Shown here: positions 1 through 12,602 of the stretch, piece by piece
Numbering within the stretch: the first letter of the stretch is position 1
How the letters are laid out: the number at the start of each line of letters is the position of its first letter
Source of the DNA: Carcharhinus longimanus
Lineage: Eukaryota
NCBI GenBank assembly: GCA_030264375.1
Contig: JASCQW010000132.1
Coordinates: forward strand, 77,766,882 to 77,830,881
Direction: 5' to 3'
Length of the DNA: 64,000 bases
The notes under the pieces: generated by a model
What the model was told of the DNA's origin: nothing
The model's database searches: none
Seen by the model: the letters and a program-made list of their open reading frames with translations, nothing else
Program-made: the position numbers and the translations under genes

Positions 1-76
1 TGATCTTATTGAATGGTGGGGCAGGCTCGAGGGGCTAGATGGCCTACTCCTGCTCCTATTTCTTATGTTCTTATGT
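1..76 (+). mobile_element. CR1/HER1-like LINE 3' end
   Basis: Typical 3' UTR 'gatcttattgaatgg..gcaggctcgaggggc..gatggcctactcctgctcct' with (ttcttatg)n tail; near-identical to 12903-12975 and 58905-58985. Confidence 0.85.
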
Positions 77-339
77 AAACCTACTTCCTGGACCAAGTTT
101 TTGGTCATGTGCCCTGATCTCATCTTTTATAACTTGGGTGTCAAATTTTGCTTTGTTGTGCTGCTGTGGGAAGTCTTATTTTACTATGTTAAAGGCACAA
201 TATAAATACATGTTGTTGTTGGCGAGATGGTCTGTAAGTTTGCAGACAACAGTCATTTGAGGGAGTGCCAGAACTATGCAGAAAAAGGGAATTTTGCAAG
301 TGGACCAAACAGTTCTGGGGGTGGGCCAAACCCTGCTTG

Positions 340-900
340 ATGGCCTTTAACTTAGATAAGTACATTGTATTCCACTTGGAATCAATATCATGTACTTATG
401 CAAATTAAAATCTGTTGTGAGAGAAAGGGATCTTGGCATTTTTGATAATTGGAAGGCAGAGTACTGCAGAATCTGGAAAACTGAAATATAAGCAAAAACT
501 GCTTGAAGTACTCAGCGGGTTACAGCAGGTGCTGAGTTTTTTCAACATTTTCTGGGTTTTTTTGGCTTTATTACTCATAGCTTACATTTAATGACTGGTG
601 CCAAAATGCCATAGTCAACGCAAATTGGTTGTGTAATATGAGCTATTCAAGATAAAACAAAGTGCATCAGTTTGTAATTGTACTTGTACAAGATTGTGAT
701 TAGACTGCATTAGACATACCGCATCCTTCGCATGAAGAATGCTTTAACAGCTTTGGAAAATGTATAAAGAAGGGCCTCCACAATAGTTCCCAGTTTAAAA
801 GACCTCAGTCATTCAGAAATGCTAAAATCTAAGCTTATTCCTCTTCAGAAATAGAAAGACTTCGGGGTGATTGATAAAGGTATGGAAAATTGTTAGAGGG
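340..900 (+). mobile_element. Highly degraded CR1-type LINE RT C-terminal remnant
   Basis: Recognisable traces 'gagaaagggatcttggc' (ERDLG), 'ttggaaaatgtataaagaagggc' (LEKVQRR) and 'agacttcggggtgattgata' (RLRGDLI); many stops. Confidence 0.5.
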
Positions 901-1261
901 TTTGAACATGTTCCCCTTGAGAAGCTATTCTCAAGCTACGTTGGGGGAGGGAGGGTGAAGGCCACTGGTTATGTTTTCCTGAGGGATAGGATTTCTGCAA
1001 AACAAGACTGGTTGGTATGATGAGTGCAAACTGTCTGTATGCCTTAATGAGAGAGTTAGGTTGGTTCCTCACTGGCAAGATCACATCTTATAAAAGGTAG
1101 GGAAAGTACCTGGTATTTTGAGCATGGTTTATGTTATTCTTTGGACACATTTTAATTGTCTGAGAGGATTAAAGAGGAATTACCCAGCTTTTCTTTTCCC
1201 TGAATGGACGTGACCAATAGCAGGCACCACAGTTGTGTGAGACAGGCTGTGAACCGGCTGT

Positions 1262-1388
1262 GATCTGGAGGAGGGAACCGAGTGTAGGGTGTCGAAATTT
1301 GCTGATGACAACAAGATTGGGGGAATGGCAAATTGTGCGGAGGGTGTGGAGAGTCTACAGAAGGATCTAGATAGGCTGGGCGAATGGG
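1262..1388 (+). mobile_element. CR1 LINE reverse transcriptase fragment running into a gap
   Basis: DLEEGTECRVSKFADDNKIGG..LQKDLDRLGEW (FADD catalytic motif). Confidence 0.9.
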
Positions 1389-1716
1389 NNNNNNNNNNNN
1401 NNNNNNNNNNNNNNNNNNNNNNNNNNNNNNNNNNNNNNNNNNNNNNNNNNNNNNNNNNNNNNNNNNNNNNNNNNNNNNNNNNNNNNNNNNNNNNNNNNNN
1501 NNNNNNNNNNNNNNNNNNNNNNNNNNNNNNNNNNNNNNNNNNNNNNNNNNNNNNNNNNNNNNNNNNNNNNNNNNNNNNNNNNNNNNNNNNNNNNNNNNNN
1601 NNNNNNNNNNNNNNNNNNNNNNNNNNNNNNNNNNNNNNNNNNNNNNNNNNNNNNNNNNNNNNNNNNNNNNNNNNNNNNNNNNNNNNNNNNNNNNNNNNNN
1701 NNNNNNNNNNNNNNNN

Positions 1717-1891
1717 GTTGGAGCCTTGGGAGAGAAGAGAGTAGACTTGTGTATTAGTTCTACCAGACACTATAATGTTAGTTTATTTATTATTGTCACA
1801 AGTAGGCTTACATTAACACTGTTTCTCTATATTGTATTAGTTAATAAACCGTTCCTTGTTGAAGCCACGAGTTGCCTTTAGATTTACTACA
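1717..1891 (+). mobile_element. Probable LTR 3' portion (solo LTR interrupted by the CR1)
   Basis: aataaa at ~1843 followed by 'tagatttactaca' (CA end), the same layout as the LTR end at 13182; contains a reverse SINE-tail fragment at ~1783-1822. Confidence 0.35.
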
Positions 1892-3619
1892 ATTTCCCTC
1901 TGAAACCCTGCAGAAGGATGGTGGGGTTGGAGGAGTGCAGCCTGTAAAATGTGACAACAAGGCAGCTGTGGATTGTTTGGTGTTATCCTATCACCATGTC
2001 TTTTTACTGGTAGAAGGGCAGGTGGAGGACAACCTGCTCACCCAGTGGCTAAGTGAGCTATTTAAGTGCCAATTGAGGGTCTCTTCCAGCTACCATGGCT
2101 TTGTACCAGTGACAGCTGGGCCCTACACTATGTGGGGAAGCCATGTGGTGAACTCTGGCAGCCTCGCTGTGGATTCAGGTGCGAGCAGGGGTTTCCTATT
2201 TGACCCATAGGGAATCTCAGTACCAATGGCTACCTCTGCAGGAGCCCTTCCCCTATCTCACTGAGACCTACCTGACTGGTTCCACAATCCCAGTCCTTAC
2301 CTATCTGGTTGGAAGGGTGACCTGATTCAGTGGTGTCCTCATCATCCAGGTGTGGCTATTCCTCCGAATGGTGCTGCTGACCTGTCAGCCCTCTGGCTGA
2401 TAGCTCGGGGAGCAGTGGCATTCTTTAAAGGAATGCTTATCCCCACCACCAACATCCCACGCACAACAAGTAACTAATGAGTTGTCATACATCTGAAAAA
2501 TGCAGCCAGGAAGACATTGCCCCTGGCTTCAGAATGTGTCATAGGGGTCCCCTTGGCACTGACAAAATTCCTCGGAGATCACGAGGAAGGGACGAAGGGT
2601 CAGGTCAGGGGATGGAGGGCAGTTTGGACCTTTGGGGTGGAGATGTGTTGGGTTAGCCCAGAGGGTAGAGAAGATGATTCAGAGGAAGTTTCAACTCTAC
2701 AGATGAAAAATTGGATATTTTGTTAAACGAGTTGGAAGAAAGGCTTGTGCATATTCTAGGATGTGGAAAATCGAAATCTCCAAGGAAACTATAAACTTTG
2801 GCTTGGAAACAAGTTGCAGCAGTTCTTAATGCCTAGGATGGTGGATCAGTGCCATCAGACGCTGAATGATTTAATGCATTCAACCAGAGTGAGTGTGTAT
2901 GTAATGTGTATATACAATATATATATAAAATATATCCACAAAGTAATTTCTGAAACTTAAAATGCTATCTTATGACTTCAAAAATTAAGAAAGGGCAGAA
3001 ATATTTGTTTTTCCCCTAAATCCTTGAGCTGACTTTCCTTGAGGTGCCAAATGCAGTTGCCCTGGAGATGCAATGAAATAATTCTATTCAATCTTGATAA
3101 GACCCAGAAAACTTTCTTTTCTAACTTAAGAAGCATCAAAAATGCTAGTGCTTTGGATATGCTATGAACTAGTTCCATCAAATCCCCATTTGACAATATA
3201 GTTTCTTTGCAAACTTTCTGAATTGTAAAATGCAGTTGCCTTGGAGATGGCTTTGACTTTGTCAGAAGTGTTATAATGGAACAAAGGGTCCTCAGGATAC
3301 AAGCTTTCAATTGTTTCCAGAAGTTGTAAAATGTGTCACGGGATCAGACAGTCAGAATTTTAAAACAAATTTCCATTTCTTCTTATGGGTGAAGCAGGTC
3401 TATAATAACTGCAAGAGCTCACAGACTGGAGGCTGGTATACATTCAGGTCCTTTGAAAACAGGAGGAGCACATATTGGGGCTGCTGTCTCTCCAACCCCA
3501 TGTTAAACAATAGTGTTTCAGATGTGGGAATGAGTGAAGGTTAAGAAAGCTTAACTGATCACACCATGAAGCTGACAGTTAATTTATTACAAAAAATAAT
3601 TGTACCTTTTTTTGCTCTC

Positions 3620-4257
3620 ACAGATGCCATGGTCATATCAGAGGCCAATGTAGGTGAGTCTGCTGCAGCAGCAGAGATACCTGAAAGGGATGCAATGGAG
3701 GTAAGTACATTGCAGCAGTGCAGCACTTCAGCTACAGCTGAGGAGCGAGAGACCCTGCAGGAGTGTAAGATTTCAGGCTTGATGAGGATTCAGTGTTAAC
3801 ACTAAATTTATTAATGATGGCGGAAGGGGAGGCCTCTTAAGGCAGCTGTGTCAGAGGGAGGACAGACACTTCATGCCTGCGGCATTGGCAGCAGAAGCTC
3901 CTACATCTCCACAGCTTCAGGGAGCTTGTAGACCATACAGGTGATGATGAAGACATAGAGTTTATCCTTCACCGCCTGAATCAGGATCTGTCACAGAAGG
4001 GTGAAAGTTGTGAGGCCAATTCACAGCAGCAATTCGAAGCCATAACAGATGTTTCCCAGTGGCTGCAAAGCTTAACTGAGGTCAATACCCAGCATGTGCA
4101 GATTTCTCAGGGGCAGAATGACCTTATGAAACAGCACAATGAATGTATGAAACAGCAAAATGAGTCTCTTTGTGAGGTTCTTACTGAAACGCTAACACCT
4201 ACTGCTGCACCTTCTGGCCAGGAGCTTCTCAGTTCCCAGATGGTTGCTGCTGAGTGA
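3620..4257 (+). mobile_element. Probable Harbinger Myb/SANT partner-gene C-terminal exons (relic)
   Basis: Frame 3841-4257 is open: ...GDDEDIEFILHRLNQDLSQKGE..WLQSLTEVNTQHVQISQGQNDLMKQHNECMKQQNESL...; acidic then coiled-coil-like; converges on the transposase at 6000-6490. Confidence 0.45.
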
Positions 4258-4857
4258 GCTTTAGCACTTGTATCTTCTATCCACAGCTGCCCAATGTAGA
4301 GAAACCTGTTGGGTATGCTTCTGGCGCACAGGAGGTTACATCATGTGGATGGGGAATGGTCCAAGGGCAATGGAGAAAGAATGAGGGTCCATCCCCTTTC
4401 TGTTCAACTCTGTCAACTTCATCTATCCTCTTTTTTTCAAGTTGAATATTTTGTTCCTTTCATTGTTCTGTGTTCCTTTCTTATGGCACATCTGGCCACT
4501 GACTTGTCTGTAAACTGTGTTTTGTTACATTTGACTTAGTTTGTGTTTATTAGAACATTTGTGCCTTCATTTAAACATTTAGCTGTTTAGATTTGTTATT
4601 TATTTGAGCTATGTTATTCAGTTATAGTTATCTTCCATTCAAATGTTGTAATTTGATATTGTAATAACACATTTGTAGCAGTCTGTGAAGTTTTATGAAA
4701 AGCATTTATTAACGAAAATAATGAGATACCAAATCTTTTATCTGTGACAGCACAGCAACCTTTAACTTAAGCAGCTGCACTATGACATTTTGAATAAGAA
4801 CTTGCTCAACTTTTTCAAATTTTTAAAAATAAAATGAAACTTTTTTAAACTTTACAA

Positions 4858-5935
4858 AGAACAAGAACAAAAAACAGTACAGCACAGGAACAGGACCTTC
4901 GGCCCTTCAAGCCTGCGCTGCTCATGCACCCAACTAGACCATTCGTTTGTATCCCTCTATTCCCAGTCTGTTCATGTGGCTATCTAGATGAGTCTTAAAC
5001 AATCCCAACATATCCGGCTCAACCACCTTGCTTGGCAGTGCATTCCAGGCCCCCACCACCCTCTGTGTAAAATATGTCCCCCTGACATCTGTGTTGAACC
5101 TTGCCCCCCTCACCTTGAANNNNNNNNNNNNNNNNNNNNNNNNNNNNNNNNNNNNNNNNNNNNNNNNNNNNNNNNNNNNNNNNNNNNNNNNNNNNNNNNN
5201 NNNNNNNNNNNNNNNNNNNACATGTTCCCCTACTGAAACTTTGGCGACCTGACTGGGCTCATTCCCCAGTATTAGGTCCAGTATTGCCCACCCCTCTAGT
5301 TGGACTATCAACATATTGTTCCAAAGAACCTTCCTGTACGCATTTTATAAATTCCTCCCTGTCCAGTCCCCAGCCTGAAGCGATTTCCAGTCTATACAAG
5401 GGAAATTAAGGTCTCCCACTACAAATACCCTTTTTTTTTGCACCTATCCAGAATCTCTTTACATATCCATTCCTCAACTTCCCGTGGGCTGTTGGGAGGC
5501 CTGTAGTATACCCCAGCATAGTGACTGCGCCCTTCCTGTTTCTGACTTGTTACACAACCCTTCTAAATTTTCCACCCTCTGTACTTCTGTAACATGCTCT
5601 CTAACCAGTATTGCTACTCCCCCACCTCTTCTAGCCCCTTCCCTGTCATGCCTAAAACACTTATACCCTGGAATATTCAGCTGCCAGTCCTGTCCTTCTT
5701 TTAACCAACTCTCCGTCACTGCAACCACATCCAATTTCCACTCAAGCATTAAGGCTCTAAGTTCGTCTGTCTTGCCCGCTACGCTCCTTGCATTGAAGCA
5801 AATGCACTCCAGACCTCCAGGCCCACTGAGGTCACCCTTCCCCAGAATGCTCTTCCTCTTAGATGGCCTTGTCCTGGCCCTAAGCTCGTCTCCAGCCTCT
5901 ATGCTTATTGACCTATTGTTTTGATCCCCACCCAC
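4858..5935 (-). mobile_element. CR1 LINE: ORF2 endonuclease and 3' end, with a gap between
   Basis: ORF 5474-5935 CFNARS..DVVAVTESWLKEGQDW..GYKCFRHDR..RGGGVAILV (APE endonuclease); FTQRVVGAWNALP C-terminus; (ttcttg)n tail near 4860. Confidence 0.92.
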
Positions 5936-5999
5936 CTTTTACCACAAGAACTTTTACTACAGAAGTTCTCTTATTTTGAGAAGGACTGAGGAACATTTA

Positions 6000-6490
6000 A
6001 TTAGTTTTTAAAGCTCACTGGCCAAAATCAATAGTGATCAAGCACTCTTGATCTGCCATTGCGGCATCTCTTGCTGCCTTCAATGGAATATGTGTTCTTT
6101 CCACAACCTTAATAACCTTTGGGACTCCAACAATCTTGTGGAATTTGAAGGTCCTCCCCTTCATCCTCACAGGGGATATGCAAAAGAAACTAGCTCTGAA
6201 GCCAAAAAATTGCTTTGGTTACCTGGTGAATGCAAGCCCAGATGCAAAGAACTTTAATATTGTTGTGAATTCTATTCCACTGTTAAGGCAGTGCGGCATT
6301 TCAGATTTGGCATCAGGTCTTCCTTCAACATTCCATAAAGGCATCACATTGCTTCTTTACTGAGGCACAGTTCCCTGAAATACAACTCCTCTGACATCAT
6401 TTTATATGATGTCCTTTGTCTGTATACTCTCTGTAGTGGGTAATTGATCCACATCCTCAGAGGATATTTGTCCAATTCTCCTCTCATGGT
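6000..6490 (-). mobile_element. Harbinger/HARBI1-like DDE transposase pseudogene
   Basis: Manual translation QRVYRQRTSYKMMSEE..LSKE..LKEDLMP...TALTVE..LKFFASG, then FHKIVGVPKV..ERTHIPLKA (compare AGFPxVxGAIDCTHV); stops and frameshifts present. Confidence 0.75.
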
Positions 6491-6780
6491 TCTTTTGTCC
6501 AAGTTGAACCCTCAACCGAAGTAGGGTGGTTCCAATAAGCAAAGCAGAAATTGTGATGTGCCAGCGTTGAATATGACTCCAGATCAAGTTTGCAATCTGT
6601 GCTGGATTCTAGTTTATATCAGCTTACAAGAGGCTTGCATTTATCCTTTGAAGCATAGTACTGTTCTAAAGCATTTGATCAGTCTGTCCCTTCGTCAGGT
6701 GGGTGGGAGTTCTGATTACAAACAGGGCACAAAGGTACAAGGTGGAACACATCTTGGGTTCATGTCACACTATCTGTAAC

Positions 6781-7330
6781 CCCCACAATTTGCCTGGACT
6801 TGCAAAATCTCACTAACTTTCCNNNNNNNNNNNNNNNNNNNNNNNNNNNNNNNNNNNNNNNNNNNNNNNNNNNNNNNNNNNNNNNNNNNNNNNNNNNNNN
6901 NNNNNNNNNNNNNNNNNNNNNNNNNNNNNNNNNNNNNNNNNNNNNNNNNNNNNNNNNNNNNNNNNNNNNNNNNNNNNNNNNNNNNNNNNNNNNNNNNNNN
7001 NNNNNNNNNNNNNNNNNNNNNNNNNNNNNNNNNNNNNNNNNNNNNNNNNNNNNNNNNNNNNNNNNNNNNNNNNNNNNNNNNNNNNNNNNNNNNNNNNNNN
7101 NNNNNNNNNNNNNNNNNNNNNNNNNNNNNNNNNNNNNNNNNNNNNNNNNNNNNNNNNNNNNNNNNNNNNNNNNNNNNNNNNNNNNNNNNNNNNNNNNNNN
7201 NNNNNNNNNNNNNNNNNNNNNNNNNNNAAGCTTGTGGTGTTTGCTACAAATAATCCTGTTGGACTTTAAGCTGATGTTGTGAGACTTCTTTCTGTTTTTA
7301 CCCCAGTCCAACGCCGGTATCTCCACATCT
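6781..7330 (+). mobile_element. Penelope-like element terminal repeat, core hidden in gap
   Basis: 'aagcttgtgg..cctgttggactttaagctgatgttgtgagacttct..ccccagtccaacgccggtatctccacatc' matches the arms at 14176-14390. Confidence 0.7.
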
Positions 7331-7639
7331 CAAGCATTTGAGACAGCCAAATTAAATACTTGCAAAAGTAAATGCAGAGGTCCTTTTCACATATCTCAAG
7401 TTTAAGAGACTTGTAATGATCAATCTTGCATTAAAAAGACTCTTAAAACTGAAAAAGACCACACCCTGCATTAAAATGCATCATGAACACAAATTCTACA
7501 AATTAACTTTATCTGAAGCTTATTACAGATGTTTCCATAATTAAACACACCTTGTTACAAATTAAAGCACTTTTTTAATGGAGTGAATTGTATAATAAAA
7601 TTGTAAAAATCTATCTTTCTTACACTTTCCACTCATTAC

Positions 7640-8030
7640 ATTTACTTTCAACATATTTTAAGCATATAAACAAAAAATTCACTCACATTAAGAATCTCTC
7701 GGAAATGTCTCTCTTTATTGTAGTTTGACCAAGAATGAAAAGTGTCCAAAGGAATCAACATTAATTCTTGCATATTGAAGGGGCAACTATGCGAAATTTG
7801 CGTTATCCCATCAATTTCAATTGAAGCGCTTCTGCTTAGTGTTGTCAACTGGGTAGCAAAACATCCCAAATTGGAAATTTGAATCCAGCATCTTTATAGT
7901 GTATCTGCATGGGGACTTCCAAGGGGTCCCAATGCACAATACCTTGTTTGTTTTGCCAGAGTGACGGTAAATTATGAGCAAGTTAATGTTTTTAGTTTTG
8001 CACATGCTGGCTGATTCAATCCCGTATGTA
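7640..8030 (-). mobile_element. Possible degraded GIY-YIG (Penelope-type) endonuclease remnant
   Basis: CKTKNINLLIIY..GK resembles the TCxSxNVVYLI motif; heavily decayed. Confidence 0.3.
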
Positions 8031-8049
8031 CCCTGTCTATTATAAACAA

Positions 8050-8372
8050 TCGAATCATGGAGTCCCTACAGTGTGGAAGGTGGCCATTTGGCCCATTGAG
8101 TCTGCAATGACTGTCTTACCCAGGTCCTCTCCCTCTTAACTCCACCCGTTGACTATTCAATCTCGCCTACACATCATGACACACACCATGATACACTAAG
8201 AGGCAATTTAGCATGACCAATCCACCCAACCTGCACATCTTTGGAACGTGAAAGGAAACTGGAATACCCAGAGGAAACACATGCAGACATGGGAAAATGT
8301 GCAAACTTCACACAGACTTCACCCAAGGCTGGAATTGAACATGGGTCCCTGGCCCTGTAAGGCAGCAGTGTG
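8050..8372 (-). mobile_element. HE1/V-SINE-like tRNA-derived SINE
   Basis: 'caatttagcatgaccaatccacccaacctgcacatcttt' core and 'ggaattgaac..gggtccctgg' reverse B-box. Confidence 0.85.
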
Positions 8373-8469
8373 CATGGTCCATGATTTTATTAGCCACACG
8401 TTGGGACATAGGCCAACATACTTGGCATTGCACCAGCACTGAAAGTTTTACACAATGTTAATCAATTGT

Positions 8470-8860
8470 GTGGTGGGTAGAACAATCCCAAGTTCTCTAA
8501 TAGCGATGCTAATAACTAATTTATGATAATCTGTTTAGCTTGTAACATAGCTCATTTACACTTGCTAGTAATGACATGCAAACCTAAGCAGGTATCCATT
8601 CTCTGCAAACAGAAAATAATATGCTCGAGCCTTGTGCCCTTTTTGAATATCAGAAGCATGATAGTTCATTGTTACTTTCGCCATGACACTGCCTCGATCA
8701 ATCAGAGACAACTTGCCAACATTCGGCACCCTTTTCTATTGTAGTATAAATTGTTGAGATTGTTTGAAATTTAGCGTTTAGCATTTGTCCTGATCAGTGC
8801 ATCATGAAAACCTTCTGCCACTCTCTCTTTCAGCAACATTCAATTTCTGCATAACCAAGC
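8470..8860 (+). mobile_element. Penelope-like element 3' end (GIY-YIG C-terminus plus terminal repeat)
   Basis: NNPK...FMIICLACNIAHLHLL...ILCKQK resembles the Penelope endonuclease tail (FKII.RAR...HL.LLEA..I....P.LCRQK); degenerate hammerhead-like motif at ~8787-8817. Confidence 0.6.
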
Positions 8861-9769
8861 CTCTGATTCTAAACTGCACAATATTTTCTCCCTCATTATA
8901 TTTATCCCATCCAATATTTCATACTCCTTCTCTGGAACTGCAACGTCTGCTTCATTGTCTAGCTATGTGAAAACAGACATAAAGGCCAAGATTTTTGCCA
9001 AGATGCAATTGCTTTGTAATGTATAGAGATTAACATAATGAGTGGGAACAAAAAAAAAGCCACATACTCTGGGATGATTGAAATAGAGAGAGAAAAAGAA
9101 TTTGATCTTTCAGTTTCAATGGCTCCATAGTCTATAACTGTAATGGTTTCTTTTGATAGCTGAGTCCTTGGTGGATGCTTGGTTGAGCTTCAAATACTGT
9201 TGAACCACTTAGCTCCGCAGGGGATTACACGTGCAGTTTGATAGCTTTACAATGTTATTAAAGGATATCTGTCTTTGCTGTTGTTTCTCGACAAATGCTT
9301 ATGACTAACTGAAAAATTTTTTCAACGTGAGGTGGATTTGAGTAATAACTTTATTAGATTGTTAAGTTTAATTTTTTAAGTTTTTTCACATCCATTCCAA
9401 CAATTTCCTATTGCAATTGGAAGGCCTCTGAAATCTGTCCATAATGGATACAGAGTAAGCGGTTATGGAGGATGCATGAGAAGCATTAAAGAAGCATGGG
9501 AGGGTAATAAGTGTAAATGGGCATGTAGATTGGAGGAGGGTTGAGGGTTTGATTTGACATTTATGATTATAATTGGGCTGACGTGCTTGTAAATAAAAAT
9601 GAGTGTTCCAACTTACTGACTTTACTATTTACCTGCCCCCATTGTCACCTTAGGCCTGCCCTTGAAGATGGCATGCCCAACCCCATCCTGCCTCTGCCTC
9701 CCCAGAACAAAAATATAGGGAGTGGGAAGTGGGGGTTCCTTAGTGGAGACAAGTTTGTGGAGTCAGGAT

Positions 9770-10570
9770 ATTCACAAAGATTTGACACAAAATATTCATT
9801 GAGAACCACGCCTATGTCTTCTACTTCCACGCATGTGTTCACTTTTCAGTCTCTATCTATATTCTTTCCTTAGTTACCCTTTTACCCCTTATGTCTTTAT
9901 AAAACATCTTTGTATTTTTGTTGATTTTACTTACCAATAAATTTTCTTGCTCTCTTTTTACTTTCCTAATTTCCTTTTCCCCTTGTGCTTCTTAATGTCC
10001 ATTGGACTTTCTTCAGCATTGAATTCTCAGCATTTAACATAAGTTTCCCTGTTGTGCCCGATCCTACTATGTAAGCTGTTTAATATTTAATGGGGGTATA
10101 GATTTGGATGTCCCACTATTTTTCTTTGTGGGAACTTATTTTTTCTTAAACTCTCTCTATCTCCTTCTTGAACATCCCCAGCATTCAGTTCACTTTTGCA
10201 TAAGCACATCTCAGCTCCGTAAAATTGCCCTATTCCCAACGTGAAGCTTTTACTCTTGGTGTACCTTTATGCTTTTCCATAAGTATGCTAAATTGAACTG
10301 ATCAGGATCACTGCCGTCTAAATGCTCTTCTATTGATGTTCCTTCCTCCTACTCAACTTAATTCATGAAAACCAAGTCCAGAACTGTCCCTTCTCTTCTT
10401 AGGCTTGCTAGGTATTAGCTAAAAACATTCTGCAGAATGCTTTTTGACAATTCCATGCCTGCTATACCTCTAACATTGCGTTCATCCCAGTCAACAATGG
10501 GATAGTTGAAATCGACTACAATCATTGGCCTATTGCTTCTGCAATACTCAGCAACTTGCCTACGCATTTA
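9770..10570 (-). mobile_element. Old CR1 ORF2 (endonuclease-linker region) remnant
   Basis: VEVEDIGVVLNEYFVS, plus reverse traces of DFNYP and LDLV motifs. Confidence 0.65.
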
Positions 10571-10629
10571 GCAATAACCTGCTCAACGATGCTCAGTTTA
10601 GGTTCTGCCCTGGTTATTCCGTTCCTGAT

Positions 10630-11145
10630 TTTCAGTCGGGTTCAAACATGGACAAAAGAGTTGAATTCCAGAGGTGAGGTGAGAGTGACCACTCTTGACA
10701 TCAAGGCAGTATTTAACCAAATGTGACATCAAGAATCCCTAACAAAACTGGAGCCAATAGGAGTCAGGCAGAAAACTCTCTGTTAGTTGGAGTCATACCT
10801 GGCAGAAAAAAGGATTATGGTGGTGGTTGGAGGTTAATCATTTCCATTCCAGGACATCAAAATGCTCTCCCTTTGGTGCCCCTATGACCTGCCCAACTTT
10901 ATTCATGAATACCAAGTCAGGAACTTCCCCTTCTCTTCTTGGGCTTGCTATGTACTGGCTAAGGCTAGCGTCCAAGCCCAAACATCTTCTCTGATGATTG
11001 CACAATGTTCATACCATTTGTGATTCCTCAGATACTGAAGCAAGCCATGTCCAAATGCAACAGGACCTGGACAATATCCAGGCTTCGGCTGACAATTAGC
11101 AAGTAATATTTACTCCACATAAATGCCAGGCAATGATCATCTCAA
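10630..11145 (+). mobile_element. L2/CR1-clade LINE RT fragment
   Basis: WTKELNSRGEVRVTTLDIKAVF..LESYL; 'ctgatgattgc' (ADD); MQQDLDNIQA.. Confidence 0.75.
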
Positions 11146-11396
11146 AGGCCTATGGCATGCTTGTATTTTAAGAGGTTCCTTTCTATCAGTTCCCATCTGA
11201 ACTGGTCTTTGTCCACCCTTACAGTTACCAGATGTTAGTGCAGACTGCCACGTGTGAGCACTCGCATTTCAGAATAATCTTGCTAGGTGCACTTGTAAGT
11301 GGGCTACATTTTCTTTTAATAACAGCCTACACACTATTTCTAATAGTTTCCTTGATTTCTGGAAGGCATTTTAAAATTCTTTTTGTTGCATTCCTG

Positions 11397-12600
11397 GTTT
11401 ACTTTGACTTATTTTGCAGATGATTCCTTGGCATATATATATTTTCCTGGTTTCCTCCTCCGACTCTCCAATCTCTTCAGGGTCACGGTCAAGAGAAAAG
11501 AAAGCTAGTATCAGTCCAGAGTGTTAAAAAAAATCACAACTCCTTGCCTTTGCTAATACCGAATTTCCGCAGTCAGTTTGACCTTAATGCAATTGATGGC
11601 AATATGGTCTTTTGGAAACTGTTCCTTGAAGCCAGATCTGGGTTTGAGTTATTTTTTCTTTTGGACTATTTTATCAGAAAGTACTTCTCGTCACCAATTT
11701 TCCTTAAAAGTGCTTTTTGTTGGCAACCTTACTAGAAAACACACCTTGCTGGAAAACACACCTTGTAACCAGTCTTCCATTTCTCTTGCTGTGCAAGTAA
11801 GCTGATCGCATTAATATATAACATTTCTCAAATTCCCTCAGTGTTTGACTTCTGTGCTCTGTGGATTTTGCTGCCATCTCTGTGCATCTCAGGTCTCTCC
11901 TAATGGTGTTTAGTGTTTTATCTTCTTTAAAAACCGTGTGGCTTCTTACTGAAGGTTTTTAAGATGGGTAGAATAAAAAGTTAGTATTGTAAGTGAGAGT
12001 TCAAAACAACAAGGCATAAGATCTTAAGTTGCAAAGAGAATTATGATGCATTGTAAACTCAATGACTTAATAGTGAAAAAGTCTTCTACATGAAAAACAT
12101 TGGTTTAATCATTGCTTTAATTAGAAATACAACATTGCCTGCAGTAAATAATTAATGTGATAAGATCATATATTACTGAGAGTATCATTAGTCATTGGAA
12201 ATCTATAGGGTTGACAACACCTTTAATATTTACAGTACAGTTACCATTTTTAAATGATTAATTAACTAAAAGTTTTAAGTATGAGGAATGTTCAAGTTTG
12301 TGAGGCAGATTGCCTTCAGTGGAAAATATCCTTAGAGGCTGAAATAGAATGATACAGTAACATTTTGGTTAGTCTTTGAAGCACCGCTTCAAGGAGATAT
12401 TATTAGCCATGGGTTCAGTCCATGAGGGAGAAAAAAGCAAAGGAATAGAGTGAAGAAAAGTTTAATGCAAATTGAATTCTTGTTTAACATATGATTGTGG
12501 TGAAAGCTAGGAAACTAGCTGCTGTGATTAGTCAAAAATCGTTCCTTCTGGTTATGAGCTGCTTATAAACAGGAGAAGATAATTGAAAATTCAATTCATT
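11397..12600. repeat. Local segmental duplication, copy 1
   Basis: Colinear similarity with 16300-17490, including identical 'aattatgatgcattgtaaactcaatgacttaatagtg' and 'gtttaatgcaaattgaattcttgt'. Confidence 0.92.
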
Positions 12601-12602
12601 TT

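Noticed and set aside
5484-5924. 146-aa + strand ORF
   Set aside because: Antisense shadow of the CR1 endonuclease.
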